Shown here: positions 11,452-21,534 of the stretch, in pieces
Numbering within the stretch: the first letter of the stretch is position 1
Layout of the letters: each line of letters begins with the position of its first letter
Assembly: GCF_000372725.1 (NCBI RefSeq)
Contig: NW_005201092.1
Location: 356,395-407,517, forward strand
From: Emiliania huxleyi CCMP1516
Lineage: Eukaryota
Reading direction: 5' to 3'
DNA length: 51,123 nucleotides
Translations under genes and position numbers: made by a program
Notes under the pieces: generated by a model
Databases searched by the model: none
What the model saw: only the letters and a program-made list of their open reading frames with translations
Told to the model about the DNA's origin: nothing

Positions 11452-11832
11452 TGGCACGCCGTACCAGGGAGGAGAGCTGCGGGCCCCTCCCACTCTCCTC
11501 TGGCTGGCATCGGCCAGGTGGTCCTCGCTAACACACACTCTCTGTCTGAGGCGCACACATAGAAGTGCAGTTTTGCTCTCTCTCTCTTTCTGATCTTAAT
11601 TTTCGATTTTGCGCGGGCCGCGGGCTTGAAGAGGCGCCGGCACCCGGGGGCACGTCCTGCACGAACCCAAACAATCGGTGGTGGCTGGTGCAAAAGCTGC
11701 AACTGCAAGACCACGCCGCACCGACGCGGCGCCTCTCCGCTCTCGCTGCACGGCAGGCTATAAGCGCGACTCTCGCGCGCGAGATCCGTCGCTCACGCGA
11801 GTGCAAACGCGCCACAGGGAATGCGTGATACT

Positions 11833-12560
11833 TCAATAGACAGAGCCGTGGATCACGCCCTCTAGCTCTCTCCTCACAGAGCGCCCGAGCGGCAGCAGCT
11901 CACCGTTGCCATACTTGATTCCGGGGGCGCCGGGCAGTGGCAGCGCCTTCGTGTGGATGGGCGCGCGGAACGGGTGCACGCCCACCGCATCAATGTACCA
12001 GACCACGTCTCCTCTGCTAGTCGACGCATGCGGGCCGTGCACCCCGCATCTACGGCCGCAGGCCGACTGACTGCTTGAAGGGGGAGTGGAGCCGCGTGCT
12101 GTCTGTCTGCAGAATATTTGCGTCGTATGGGACAATCACCGGCAGACGTCCTCTTTTACCCTCGGCCCCAGTGGGGGGCGCCCACGCCGCCTAGCTCTGC
12201 GGGTGGGCCCCTCCTCACGCGTACGGATCATGTTCATGTAGTCCCCACAATCGCTGTCGTGGGATCGCTTGTCCACCGCCGGCAGGCGAGCGCGGTGGAC
12301 GGCGGCGACGCGGAAGCAGTAGCTCGCTCCTCCGTCAATCGCGCCCCACCGCGCAGCTCGCGCGAGCCCGGGAGCGCCGGCCTCGTAGCGTTCGTGCTGC
12401 CAGGGCGCGTGACCGTCAGCAGCAGTTCGTGCGCCAAATTGGGCTCGTCCGGGTCCTCAAACTGCACCGTGAGCGTGTGATTGGCGACGAGGATGAGCGT
12501 CGGCGGGGCCACAGAAGAGTGCGTGTGCAAGAGGAGAGCGAGCAGTGTTGTCATATGCAC
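11833..12560 (-). CDS. Possible spliced or degraded hypothetical gene
   Basis: Coding-like pieces TLTVQFEDPDEPNLAHELLLTVTRPGSTN and GDVVWYIDAVGVHPFRAPIHTKALPLPGAPGIKYGNG; no family recognised. Confidence 0.3.
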
Positions 12561-12729
12561 GCACCCGCGACGAATTGCTCAACAGCACGTTGTAATCTGC
12601 TCGCAGTCGTACGATATCGGCCGACATGCTAAGGGGCAAAAAGAAAAAAGCTCGCTGAAATGTGTAAACATACCCGGACGGACGAGAGGGGCTGCCGGAT
12701 CGTCGGGCCCACTCGACCTCTCGCCCTCC

Positions 12730-14110
12730 TCACGCCTCGATCTTCTTGGGACGCAGCTGGTTCGACGGGTCCTCTCCGTGGCCTAGGCAGCCGTGCTCGC
12801 CCTTGCCCCAGGCAAAGACAGCGCCATCGGCGGCGATGGCGACAGCGTGGTGTGCTTGAACCGACACCGCGACGACCCGCAGCAGGCCCTCGATCTTCTT
12901 CGGCATAAGCTGGCGTTGCTCGTTGCCGTGGCCAAGCTTGCCATGCCCTCCATCGCCAAAGCTCCACACGGCGCCGTCAGCGGTAAGAGCGAGGCTGTGC
13001 TTCGTGCCTCCCGACGCAGCGATGACGCGCTGGCCAGCCAAGGCCTCGATCTTTTTCGGCAGGTGCTCGTCCTGCTCGTCGCCGTGGCCCAGCTGGCCGT
13101 AGCCTCCCTCGCCCCAGCTCCAGACAGCGCCGTCGGCGGTAATGGCGAGGCTGTGATCGTATCCAGCCGACACAGCGACGACGCGCTGGCCAGCAAAGGC
13201 CTCGACCTTCTTGGGCAGCAGCCGCCGCTGCCTGCCGCCGTGGCCCAGCCGGCCGTTCCCTCCACTGCCCCAGCTCCAGGCAGTGCCGTCGGCGGTGAGG
13301 ACGAGGTTGTGGTATGTGCCTGCCGACACAGCGACGACGCGATGAGCCATGGCCTCGACCTTCTTCGGCAGCAGCTGGTCCTGCGTGCCGTCGTAGCCCA
13401 AATGGCCATGGTTGCCAAAGCCCCAGCTCCAGACGGCGCCGTCGGCGGTGACGGCGAGGTTGTGGCTAGCTCCCGCCGACACAGCGACGACGTGATGGCG
13501 AGCAATGGCCTCAATCTTCTTCGGCAGCAGCTGAGGCATCTCGTCGCCGTGGCCCGATCTGCCAAAGCGGCAATAGCCCCAGGTCCAGGAAGCGCCGTCA
13601 GCGGTAAGGGCCAGGTTATGCCCGGCTCCCGCCGACACACTCACAACGCGCTCTCCGCCCACCATCGACGGGAGGCGGGTTGGCGTGTTGAGCCACGTCA
13701 CGCCCTCGCCGTGGCCGAGCAGCCCTGCAGCGTCCTGCGGCGCAGAGCCGCACGATGAGAGCCGCCCCTCGCCGTCGATGAAGAGGCTGTGCCGCATGCC
13801 TGCCGCCGCCCTCGCCGGCGGGTTGGACTCGCACAGCAGCGCCGAATAGCACTACCACCGCACGGCGCAGTCCTCGTCCTCTGGCTGCGCCGGAAGCTCG
13901 TAGCCGCGCTCTTGCGCCCACAAGCGGATGCCCTCGGCCGCGAGCGAGGCGTGGAAGAGGAGTGAGACAGCTGCAACGCGAGCGATGTCGGCGGGGTCGC
14001 AGCGAGAGACGACGCGGATGAGAACGTCCGTGGGGAGGTCGAGGAGGCGGGCGGGAGGCGGCGTTCTTGGCGAGGGAGCGGGGGTGGAGGGGGCGGCGAG
14101 GCGGCGCAGA
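12730..14110 (-). pseudogene. F-box-like + RCC1-repeat gene (copy 2) with an in-frame stop
   Basis: Collinear with copy 1, but CGG TGG TAG TGC (RW*CYSA) at 13852-13854 replaces RWLCYSA; terminal W codon is TGA; no ATG upstream of the F-box. Confidence 0.85.
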
Positions 14111-14376
14111 AGTCGCGGCGTGGCACACGTGTGTCGGTTAGTGAGACACAAGTTTACGTGTTTTTACGTGTCGCGAGAGAGAACTCCGTGCTAGGCGGCG
14201 GAAGAGGTGCAACCAAGTGGCGACCTTCCAACGCTCCCAAGAGATGCAGGCCTTTCACGCGCGGATGTCTGCCGCTGTGGCGGCGCTCGCTGCCGGTGCG
14301 CCAGTCAGTGGGGAGGGAGAGGGCGACAGCATCGAGATGACCGCCGCCGCGCCGCCGCCGACCCGACCACGCGCAG

Positions 14377-14619
14377 GGCGAAGACGAGTGCGCCGTCTGC
14401 CTCGTCTCCCTCAAGCCTGGCGACGTGGTGAGGGAGCTTTCATGTCGCCACATGTTCCACAAGACAATGCATCGACAACTGGCTGCTCGCGGATACCCGG
14501 CGCGGCGCGCACAGCAGACGGTCGGGCTGGAAGCCCCGCCCTCGCTCCCGACGTGCCCGTTGTGCAAGCGAGTGCCCATCCCGCTCGAAGCGCCCCGCCC
14601 CAGCGTGCCAGCTGATTGA
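14377..14619 (+). pseudogene. RING-H2 zinc-finger fragment with compensating frameshifts
   Basis: GEDECAVCLVSLKPGDVVRELSCRHMFHKT, then CIDNWLL in the +1 frame (extra A near 14467), then back to PTCPLCKR. Confidence 0.8.
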
Positions 14620-15744
14620 GGTATGGCCATTTTGAGAGAGAGCCTTCTGCCACTGGGGCTCCAAGCCGGGAGGGAGGGGAAGGTGTGCTATTTCACCATC
14701 ATGAATTTCTTTTGCTCGCATGGGGGAGGCGGCGCGGGCAGCAGGCGCATGCGCGGGTGAGGGTCGGGCGGCGGGCGGAGCCGAGAGCGGCTCACGGGTT
14801 TGTCCGGTGGGGGGGGCGGGGCGGGGCGGGGCGGGGTGGATCGGGTCGGGTCGGGATGGGGCGGGGTTGCTCGGGTCGGGCTGGGGCGGGGTTGTGGGGT
14901 GGGGTGGGGATGTCGGGGTGGGGAGTGGGTGGCGCCGGAGACCGGCCGGAGTGGGAGTGGTGTGACTGCTCCTGTGGTGCGGGCGACGGCTTCTGAGGAG
15001 GCCGTCGCCCGCGCCTTGCCTGTCGCGCGAATCGTGTTGTGAAAAAAGAAAGAAAGAAAACAGATAAACCCAAACGAGGGATGGGGGAAGAAAGAAAGAA
15101 AGAAAACGGACAACCCAAGGGAGGGGGCAGGAGGACAGGGTAATCCTCTCTGTTTCTTTTTTCTCGCACGACACCGGGTACGGGACTGGCACTGCAAAGG
15201 CGACGGCTTAGAAGCCGTCGCCCTCACAGATGCCGTCCTCCTCACAGAAGGCGTCGTCGGAATGGTAGTCAGGCGGATGGTCGAATCCGCGAGCACCGTG
15301 GTGCTCGCCGAGAGGACCATCCCCATCATCCTCCGACTCCATCCCCTCCCCCCCCCGTCGCTCCCGCCGCGCCCCCCGCCGGCGCCCGTCGCGGGACTTC
15401 CTGCCCCCCCCCGCCAGCGCCGCGGGCCGGGCCGCTCCGCAACTCCTCCAGGTCCCCCTCAAAGAGGAGGACCCGCCCCTCCCTCACCCAATCCTCCCAC
15501 CCCGGGAATGGGACACCGCAAACAGAACCGCGCCCCGCGTCCCAGCAGCTCAATCTCTCCCGCTCCCCCGCCTTGAACTCCGCCGCGAGCGCCGCGACCA
15601 CCTCGTCGCGCTCCTCGGCCGAGAGCCGCCTAAACGCCGCCTCCGCGGCCGCCCCGCGCGCACCGAAGCCCTCCGGCCTCGATAGGAAGAAGTCGATGGG
15701 GTAAGCGCCCGGCCGGGCCAGACATCGCGCGAGGCCGTGTTGTG

Positions 15745-16180
15745 AAAAGAATTCTTAAAATACAAGCCTCTCTCACAGCACACTGGCACGACAAGGGCGC
15801 GGACTGGCGCGGACTGGCACACACACCGGCTCACCACCGCAGCCGCCTAAGCGACTCCGTTAAGAACGGCTCGAAAGAACGGCAATGCATTCCGCACCGT
15901 GCACAATGCCGCTCTCCCCGCACGCTAGCTCGTTCACCGTCTGCCACGCCACGGCGGTGTGGAGAACGACAGACAAGCGCTGCATCTGCAGCCCGTGCCA
16001 GTTCTTGGTGGTCCATGTGACCTCGTCCAGGTGCTGAGCGTGCGAAAGTTTGTTGCTCAGCTGGTTCGCCGCCTCCCTCAGGGTGCTGCGAACCTCCTTT
16101 CCAAAGCCTCCGAAAGCCTCAAAATCAAACAAACGTAGATCGCAATCCTGCTCCCGCGCAAAGGGGTAATCGCCAGGCAG
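15745..16180 (-). mobile_element. 3' remnant of an RLE-type (CRE/SLACS-like) non-LTR retrotransposon: endonuclease-region C-terminus plus 3' UTR
   Basis: GDYPFAREQDCDLRLFDFEAFGGFGKEVRSTLREAAN…TWTTKNWHGLQMQRLSVVLHTAVAWQ resembles the E-x-x-GG…QRLSV tail of restriction-like-endonuclease retroelements; followed by the recurrent GCCAGTCC…GAGAG…AATTCTTTTC motif. Confidence 0.6.
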
Positions 16181-16404
16181 CTGCTGGAGCTTTCCCTTGG
16201 GGGCATCCTCCTCCTCCCCCTCCTCCCCCTCCTCCTCGGCCTCCTCCTCCTCCCCCGCCACCGCCGCTGCCGTCGCTCCCGACGGAGACCACTTGCCGCG
16301 CCCTTTGACCAACTTGAGCAGCCCGGTCTCCGTGACCAACTTGAGCTGCACATAGGTGAAAAGAAAGAAAGAATTTTACAACAAAACTCCCTCGCACAAC
16401 ACTG

Positions 16405-17540
16405 GGGGGTTTTTGCTAAGGTGTAGATCAGGTTCCACACCATCGTCCCACACGTAGCTCAGCGGTCAGGTGAAATCTGAAAAGGGGTTTTTGCTAAGGG
16501 CCTCCCACACACGCCACCCACACCGGATATGTCTTGGGCAAGTTTTGCACTTTTCTTTCGTTTATAAGCCTCGTGCATACTATTAACACATGTATTCCTA
16601 ATAAACTCTCTCTCTACAATTATTATTATTACTCGAAGTATTATTAGAACTATTATTATTATTATTTGCACCGCTGAGCTCGCCGGCCTTGTCCTTGCCC
16701 GCCTTGTTCTCGGCGGTGATGCGGTCGGCCTCCTTCTTGTGCTCGTTTTGATCTCCAGAAGCAGCTGCGTGCAGGCGGCGGTCAGGCGACGGTCGGGCGG
16801 CGGTTAAGGGTGATCAGGGGGTGACCAGGGGGGGAGGGCGAGGGCGCTTGCGGGTGTTGGCTGGAGAGGAAGAGCGAGGGAGCTGCGCCGCCCACCTGTT
16901 GGAACTCAGTGAGCGCCACCTCGGACTTGGTGCCCTCAGTGCCGGCCTCGGCGGGCTCGTTGTGCTCCATCCTCGGCGTCCAGAGGTGCTTGTTGGCGGC
17001 GAGCTGGCGCTCGATCCAATGGATGATGGCCTGCTCGTACTTCGGCCAGGCAAAGGTCTTGAACGCCGGTGACTTCTTGACCAGCGTGACGATGGACTCC
17101 CACTCCTCCTTGCGGTTGTACAACCTTGACTCCCCTTGACGTTCGCGTGGTGGGTCATCCAGGCCTTGACGCCCGAGAAGCTGACCTGCTGAAGCATGAT
17201 CTCGGCGCGGAAGTCGACGTTCCACTTCATCTGCTTCTCCGTGGTCGCGGCCGGCAGCACCTCCGTAGGCTCGACGTCGATGGGATCCTGTCGGCAGCGG
17301 GGCGGCGGGCGGGCGGTTCGGTGAGATGAGAGGCGCTGCCGAGCGCGGAGTGGGCGTGGGGGGTCCATCGGGGATGGCTGGCGGCCGGGGGCGCGAAGCT
17401 ACACCGTCATGCTCGGTGTCGGTGGGTCCCACGGATTGAGCGTGTAGGTGTGTGGTCGTGACGCTCCCACGCCACGAGTCCCAGATCCCACACGTGGGAG
17501 CCCGCCGTGGGACGTGTGTGGAACCTTAGCAAAAACCCTT
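16405..17540 (-). mobile_element. Non-autonomous TIR DNA transposon (GGG…CCC ends; PIF/Harbinger-like) carrying a degraded ORF
   Basis: GGGTTTTTGCTAAGGT (~16407-16422, second copy ~16485) inverted with ACCTTAGCAAAAACCC (17523-17538); interrupts a motif that is intact at 32571-32635; internal frameshifted ORF (…KEEWESIVTLVKKSPAFKTFAWP…). Confidence 0.7.
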
Positions 17541-17630
17541 ACTGGCACGGGACTGGCGCACTGGCACTAAGAAGAAAACTCGCTGCTTAGCGCCGCCACC
17601 TCGGCCTCCACCAGTCGACACCAAAAAACG

Positions 17631-18983
17631 CCGCCGCCCGCCCGCCTCCTCGACCTCCCCACGGACCTCCTCCTGCGCGCCATCTCTCGCCTCGACGGCC
17701 CCCTCGACATCGCTCGCGTCGCGGCCGTCTCGCTGCTCTTCCACGCCTCGCTGGCGCTGGAGGGCATCCGCTTGTGGGCGCAAGAGCGCGGCTTCGAGCT
17801 GCCGGCGCAGCCAGAGGGCGAGAGCTGCGCCGTGCGGTGGGTGTGCTTTATGGCGCTGCTGCGCGAGTCCAACCCGCCGGCGAGGGCGGCTGCAGGCACT
17901 TATCACAGCCTCTTCATCGACGGCGAGGGGCAGCTCTCGTCGTGCGGCTGTGCGGAGCACATTCCAGTCCTGCTCGGCCACGGCGAGGGCGTGACGCGGC
18001 TCAACACGCCGACGCGCCTCCCGTCGACGCTGGCTGGCGAGCGCGCCGTGCGCGTGTCGGCTGGCGCTGCGCACAGCCTCGCCATCACTGCCAGCGGCGC
18101 TGTCTGGAGCTGGGGCCGGGGAGCCTGTGGCCGGCTGGGCCACGGCGACGAGGAGGGCCAGTGCCAGCCAAAGAAGATTGAGGCCTTTGCTGGCCAGCGC
18201 GTTGTCGCTGTGTCGGCGGGAGAAATGCACGTCCTCGCCATCACCGCTGACGGCGCCGTCTGGAGCTGGGGCAATGGAACCTATGGCAAGCTGGGCCACG
18301 GCGACCAGCAGAACCAGCTGCTGCCGAAGAAGGTCGAGGACTTTGCAGGTCGTTGCGTCGTCGCCGTGTCGGCGGGAGAGGACCACAGCCTCGCCCTCGC
18401 CGCCGACGGCGCCGTCTGGAGCTGGGGCCAGGGAGCCTGGGGCAAGCTGGGCCACGGCGACGAGCAGAACCAGCTGCTGCCGAAGAAGGTGGAGGCCTTT
18501 GCTGATCAGCTTGTCGTCGCCGTGTCGGCTGGAGCCATCCACAGCACCGCCCTTACCGCCGACGGCGCGGTCTGGAGCTGGGGCGGTGGAGCCGATGGCC
18601 GGCTGGGCCACGGCGACGAGCAAAACCAGCTGCTGCCGAAGAAGATCGAGGCCTTGGCGGCTGATCCGCGCGTCGTCGCTGTGTCGGCGGGCGAGCAGCA
18701 CAGCCTCGCCATCACCGCCGGCGCTATCTGGAGCTGGGGCTTTGGAGGCGCGGGGCGGTTGGGCCACGGCGACGAGCAGGACCAGCTGCTGCCCAAGAAG
18801 GTCGAGGCCTTTGCTGGCCAGCGCGTCGTCGCTGTGTCGGCTGGATACGACCACAGCATCGCCGCCACCGCTGACGGCGCCGTCTTTGCCTGGGGCGAGG
18901 GCGACGATGGCAGCTTAGGCCACGGGGAGGACGTGTCGCACCAGCTGCTGCCCAAGAAGATCGAGGTGTGGTCGCGGGATTGA
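17631..18983 (+). CDS. F-box-like + RCC1-repeat protein (copy 3); start codon apparently lost
   Basis: Same architecture as copy 1; frame is open back to TAA at 17568 with no ATG before the F-box. Confidence 0.85.
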   Translation, partial: PPPARLLDLPTDLLLRAISRLDGPLDIARVAAVSLLFHASLALEGIRLWAQERGFELPAQPEGESCAVRWVCFMALLRESNPPARAAAGTYHSLFIDGEGQLSSCGCAEHIPVLLGHGEGVTRLNTPTRLPSTLAGERAVRVSAGAAHSLAITASGAVWSWGRGACGRLGHGDEEGQCQPKKIEAFAGQRVVAVSAGEMHVLAITADGAVWSWGNGTYGKLGHGDQQNQLLPKKVEDFAGRCVVAVSAGEDHSLALAADGAVWSWGQGAWGKLGHGDEQNQLLPKKVEAFADQLVVAVSAGAIHSTALTADGAVWSWGGGADGRLGHGDEQNQLLPKKIEALAADPRVVAVSAGEQHSLAITAGAIWSWGFGGAGRLGHGDEQDQLLPKKVEAFAGQRVVAVSAGYDHSIAATADGAVFAWGEGDDGSLGHGEDVSHQLLPKKIEVWSRD

Positions 18984-19337
18984 GAGGTCGCGGGGTATCG
19001 TGTGGACGCCTTGCAGTTGCACCTGATGCATGATCATGCATGTGCCGTGGGGCCCTCTTGTCCGTGTGAGAGTTCGTCGGGTGTACGGTCTATGGTATAG
19101 CCAAAAAGCTCTCACCAACCGCATGGTCATCCATGTGTGCGGGACGCCGACACGAGAACCGCGACTCGAAACGAAGCACGACGCGCGCGCGGTGCGCCGG
19201 TGGGACCCTCCTGTCGCACTCCTCTTGCGTGCGGCGGGGGCGGCGGGTGTGCGGGATGTCCGGGGGCCCGAGAGTGATGCGTGTCATGTGTGCTGTGGGT
19301 TTTGGATTTGTTGGGGTATGGTACAATCGCGGATGAC

Positions 19338-20248
19338 TCATCGGGCGTCTGCCACCACGGCCTTGTCCATCCACGCGAGCACCTCTGCGGCGAGGCGCGG
19401 CGGCGGCACGTCGTGGCCGCCCCCGTGCCAGAGAGTGGCCGAGGCGGGGTGCGTGAAGCAGGCGGCGACGGCCTCGCCCAGCTCGGGCGGGTTGATCGAG
19501 TCCACCTACGGGAGCGCCGCCGGGTGCAGCGAGGGAGGAGCCGGGGCGATGCGCAGACGGGACGAGGCGAGGAGGAGCAGAGTCACGCTACAGCCGAGGT
19601 GCGGCCGAGGTGCGGCCGAGGTGCAGCCGAGGTGCAACCGAGGTGCAACAGCAGGGAGATGCAGCCGAGAGAACAGCCGAGAGTTGCAGCCGAGACTTGC
19701 AGTCGAGGCGCCGCAGCCGAGATGGCGTGGCGGGCCCGCGCCTCGGACAGGCAGTGCAGCGTCGGAAGCGCGGCCGCCGCCTCTGGCGCCGCCCGCAGCC
19801 GCTCCAGAAGGGGCTCGTAGGGCTTTGGCACGGCGGCGGCGCAGATGACCGCGAAGCGCAGCAATGGGCAGCTCTCGCGGAGCGAGGCCCTCGCCGCGAC
19901 GATTGCCGCCAGCATTGCGCCCTGTGAGAAGCCGAGCAGGCCAACGTAGCCGCCCGACTCGAGCTCGGCCTCGACCGCAGCGATGCTCTGCTCCGCGCCC
20001 TCGTAAGAGGAGGCCGTGAAGGATCGCTCGCCCGCCGGGTACGTCCACCACGTTCGCCGCCCCGACGGCGCGTCGATCGCATGAAATGACCTGGCCGTTC
20101 CCTCTTGCAGATGCGCGAGCCGAGCGAGGAACGCGTCGCCGCTGCCGCCGCTGCCGTGAAGGCACAGGATGCGGTGTCCCGAGGACGCGGACATGATAGC
20201 GGAGAGGAGGAAAAGGCGCAGCGGTGCGGCCAGAGGGCCGATGGGCAT
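19338..20248 (-). CDS. FSH1/OVCA2-family serine hydrolase (alpha/beta hydrolase), 2 exons
   Basis: RILCLHG, GLLGFSQGA (nucleophile Ser), LPTLH, then GC-AG intron 19740-19506 and exon VDSINPP…HGGGHDVP (Asp/His); hydrophobic N-terminal extension. Confidence 0.92.
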
Positions 20249-20656
20249 CAGCTGTGCGTGTGCACTGCACACTGCTATTCCGACAGAGAGCGGTCCGGGC
20301 GGGGGGGGAACCCCGCCGGGGTGGGGGCAGGAAGACCGGGCGGAGGGGTTCTGTAGAAGGGTGACGCCGTCGCCACGTGGGAGTGTGTGTCGTCGCGTGT
20401 CCATGTCTGGTGTTTACTAGCTCCGAGTAGAGGGGGCGTTCTGCTGCTAGGGAGGGGAAACCCGGAGCGCGGTACTAACCCACGGAGACCCGTGTTTATT
20501 TAACGGCCCTTTCCCTGCGGCCGCGCACCCCCCAGGGCTAGGGCTCTCTTGCCCGCAACCCGATCCCGATCATCCGGCCCGCTGGGACCTGGGTGCGCTT
20601 CTTAGCTCCCAGGCCCTGGATGTCAGTGAGGCTGATGACTGCACTCCAAGTGCTCC

Positions 20657-20744
20657 AAAATGGTTATAACGCAGCGTCTCCCGCAAGGCATTGCTCGTTT
20701 CGCTTCCTAGCGCACTCTGCCACAAGGAATGTGATTGGATGCGC
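20657..20744 (+). repeat. ~90-bp direct repeat, copy A (copy B at 24345-24435)
   Basis: AAAATGGTTA…GCGTCTCCCGCAAGG…GCTTCCTAGCGCACTCTG…CAAGGAATGTGATTGGATGCGC in both copies. Confidence 0.85.
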
Positions 20745-21534
20745 ACTGGCACGTGCGACGGTGCTTCATTCACCAGACTCCAGAGCGCTGCGCAGCGAGG
20801 AAGGCTTACCGCAGGAAAGAAGAAATCCAGCGCCGGCCGCATCATCCCCATTGCTTTTGCTCCCGCGCCAGTCCCGGTGCCCCTAGTGTCGTGCGAGAGA
20901 GTTGTTTGTCATAAATTTCACTTCTACTTCCGCCATGATGCGGTTGATGATCGGCTGAGGGAGGGGACGGGCCTGCTCCGCAGTGGACGCCTGCCACGGC
21001 CACGCCACTCAGAAGGCGGGCAACGGCGTGCAGCGGAGGCGGCGTGCAGGGCGACCGCGCTTGAGTGAGGTGGAGGTGTGGGTTGACGGGGAGTGCCGGG
21101 CGGGTGGGCGTCGTAAGGGTGAGGGCGATTGCCGCCCCCCCCACTTCGCCCACCTCGACGCCTTCGTGTAGGCGCCCCCGCGAGCGCGACTGTGCCTCTT
21201 TTTGTACTGTGGCGTACCTGTGTCGAACCTGTGTGCTGTGAGAGAAATTTATAGTTCAATTCTTCTCCCCTTTTCCTGTGATAGTGCTAGCACGCGCCAG
21301 TCCGCACCTGTGTCGAGCCTGTCTGCTGTGAGAGAGAGTTGGGTTGAGAGCGAGAGATAAATTCTTCTCCGCCGATAACGATTGGGGTGGGGGCCCCAAC
21401 TCGTGGTAGGCCACTAGTTTGTCGTAGGGTACTCACGGATACCTCTCCTGAGTCCCTTCCTCTAGTGTGCCCTCGCGCACATCGCATGCGGTCTTCACTC
21501 AGCCAGTCAGCCTGCACTGCTGTGAATACTAAAC

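Noticed and set aside
13852..13854. Stop-codon readthrough or recoding in RCC1 copy 2
   Set aside because: The copy also lacks an ATG and has a second W-to-stop change; other genes use TAG as a normal stop
14800..14935. Functional G-quadruplex element
   Set aside because: G-run pentamer repeats are common in this GC-rich sequence and nothing indicates function
20630..20665. Hammerhead ribozyme or C/D snoRNA from CTGATGA
   Set aside because: A short GCAC/GTGC stem follows, but there is no GAAA core and no convincing box D or terminal stem
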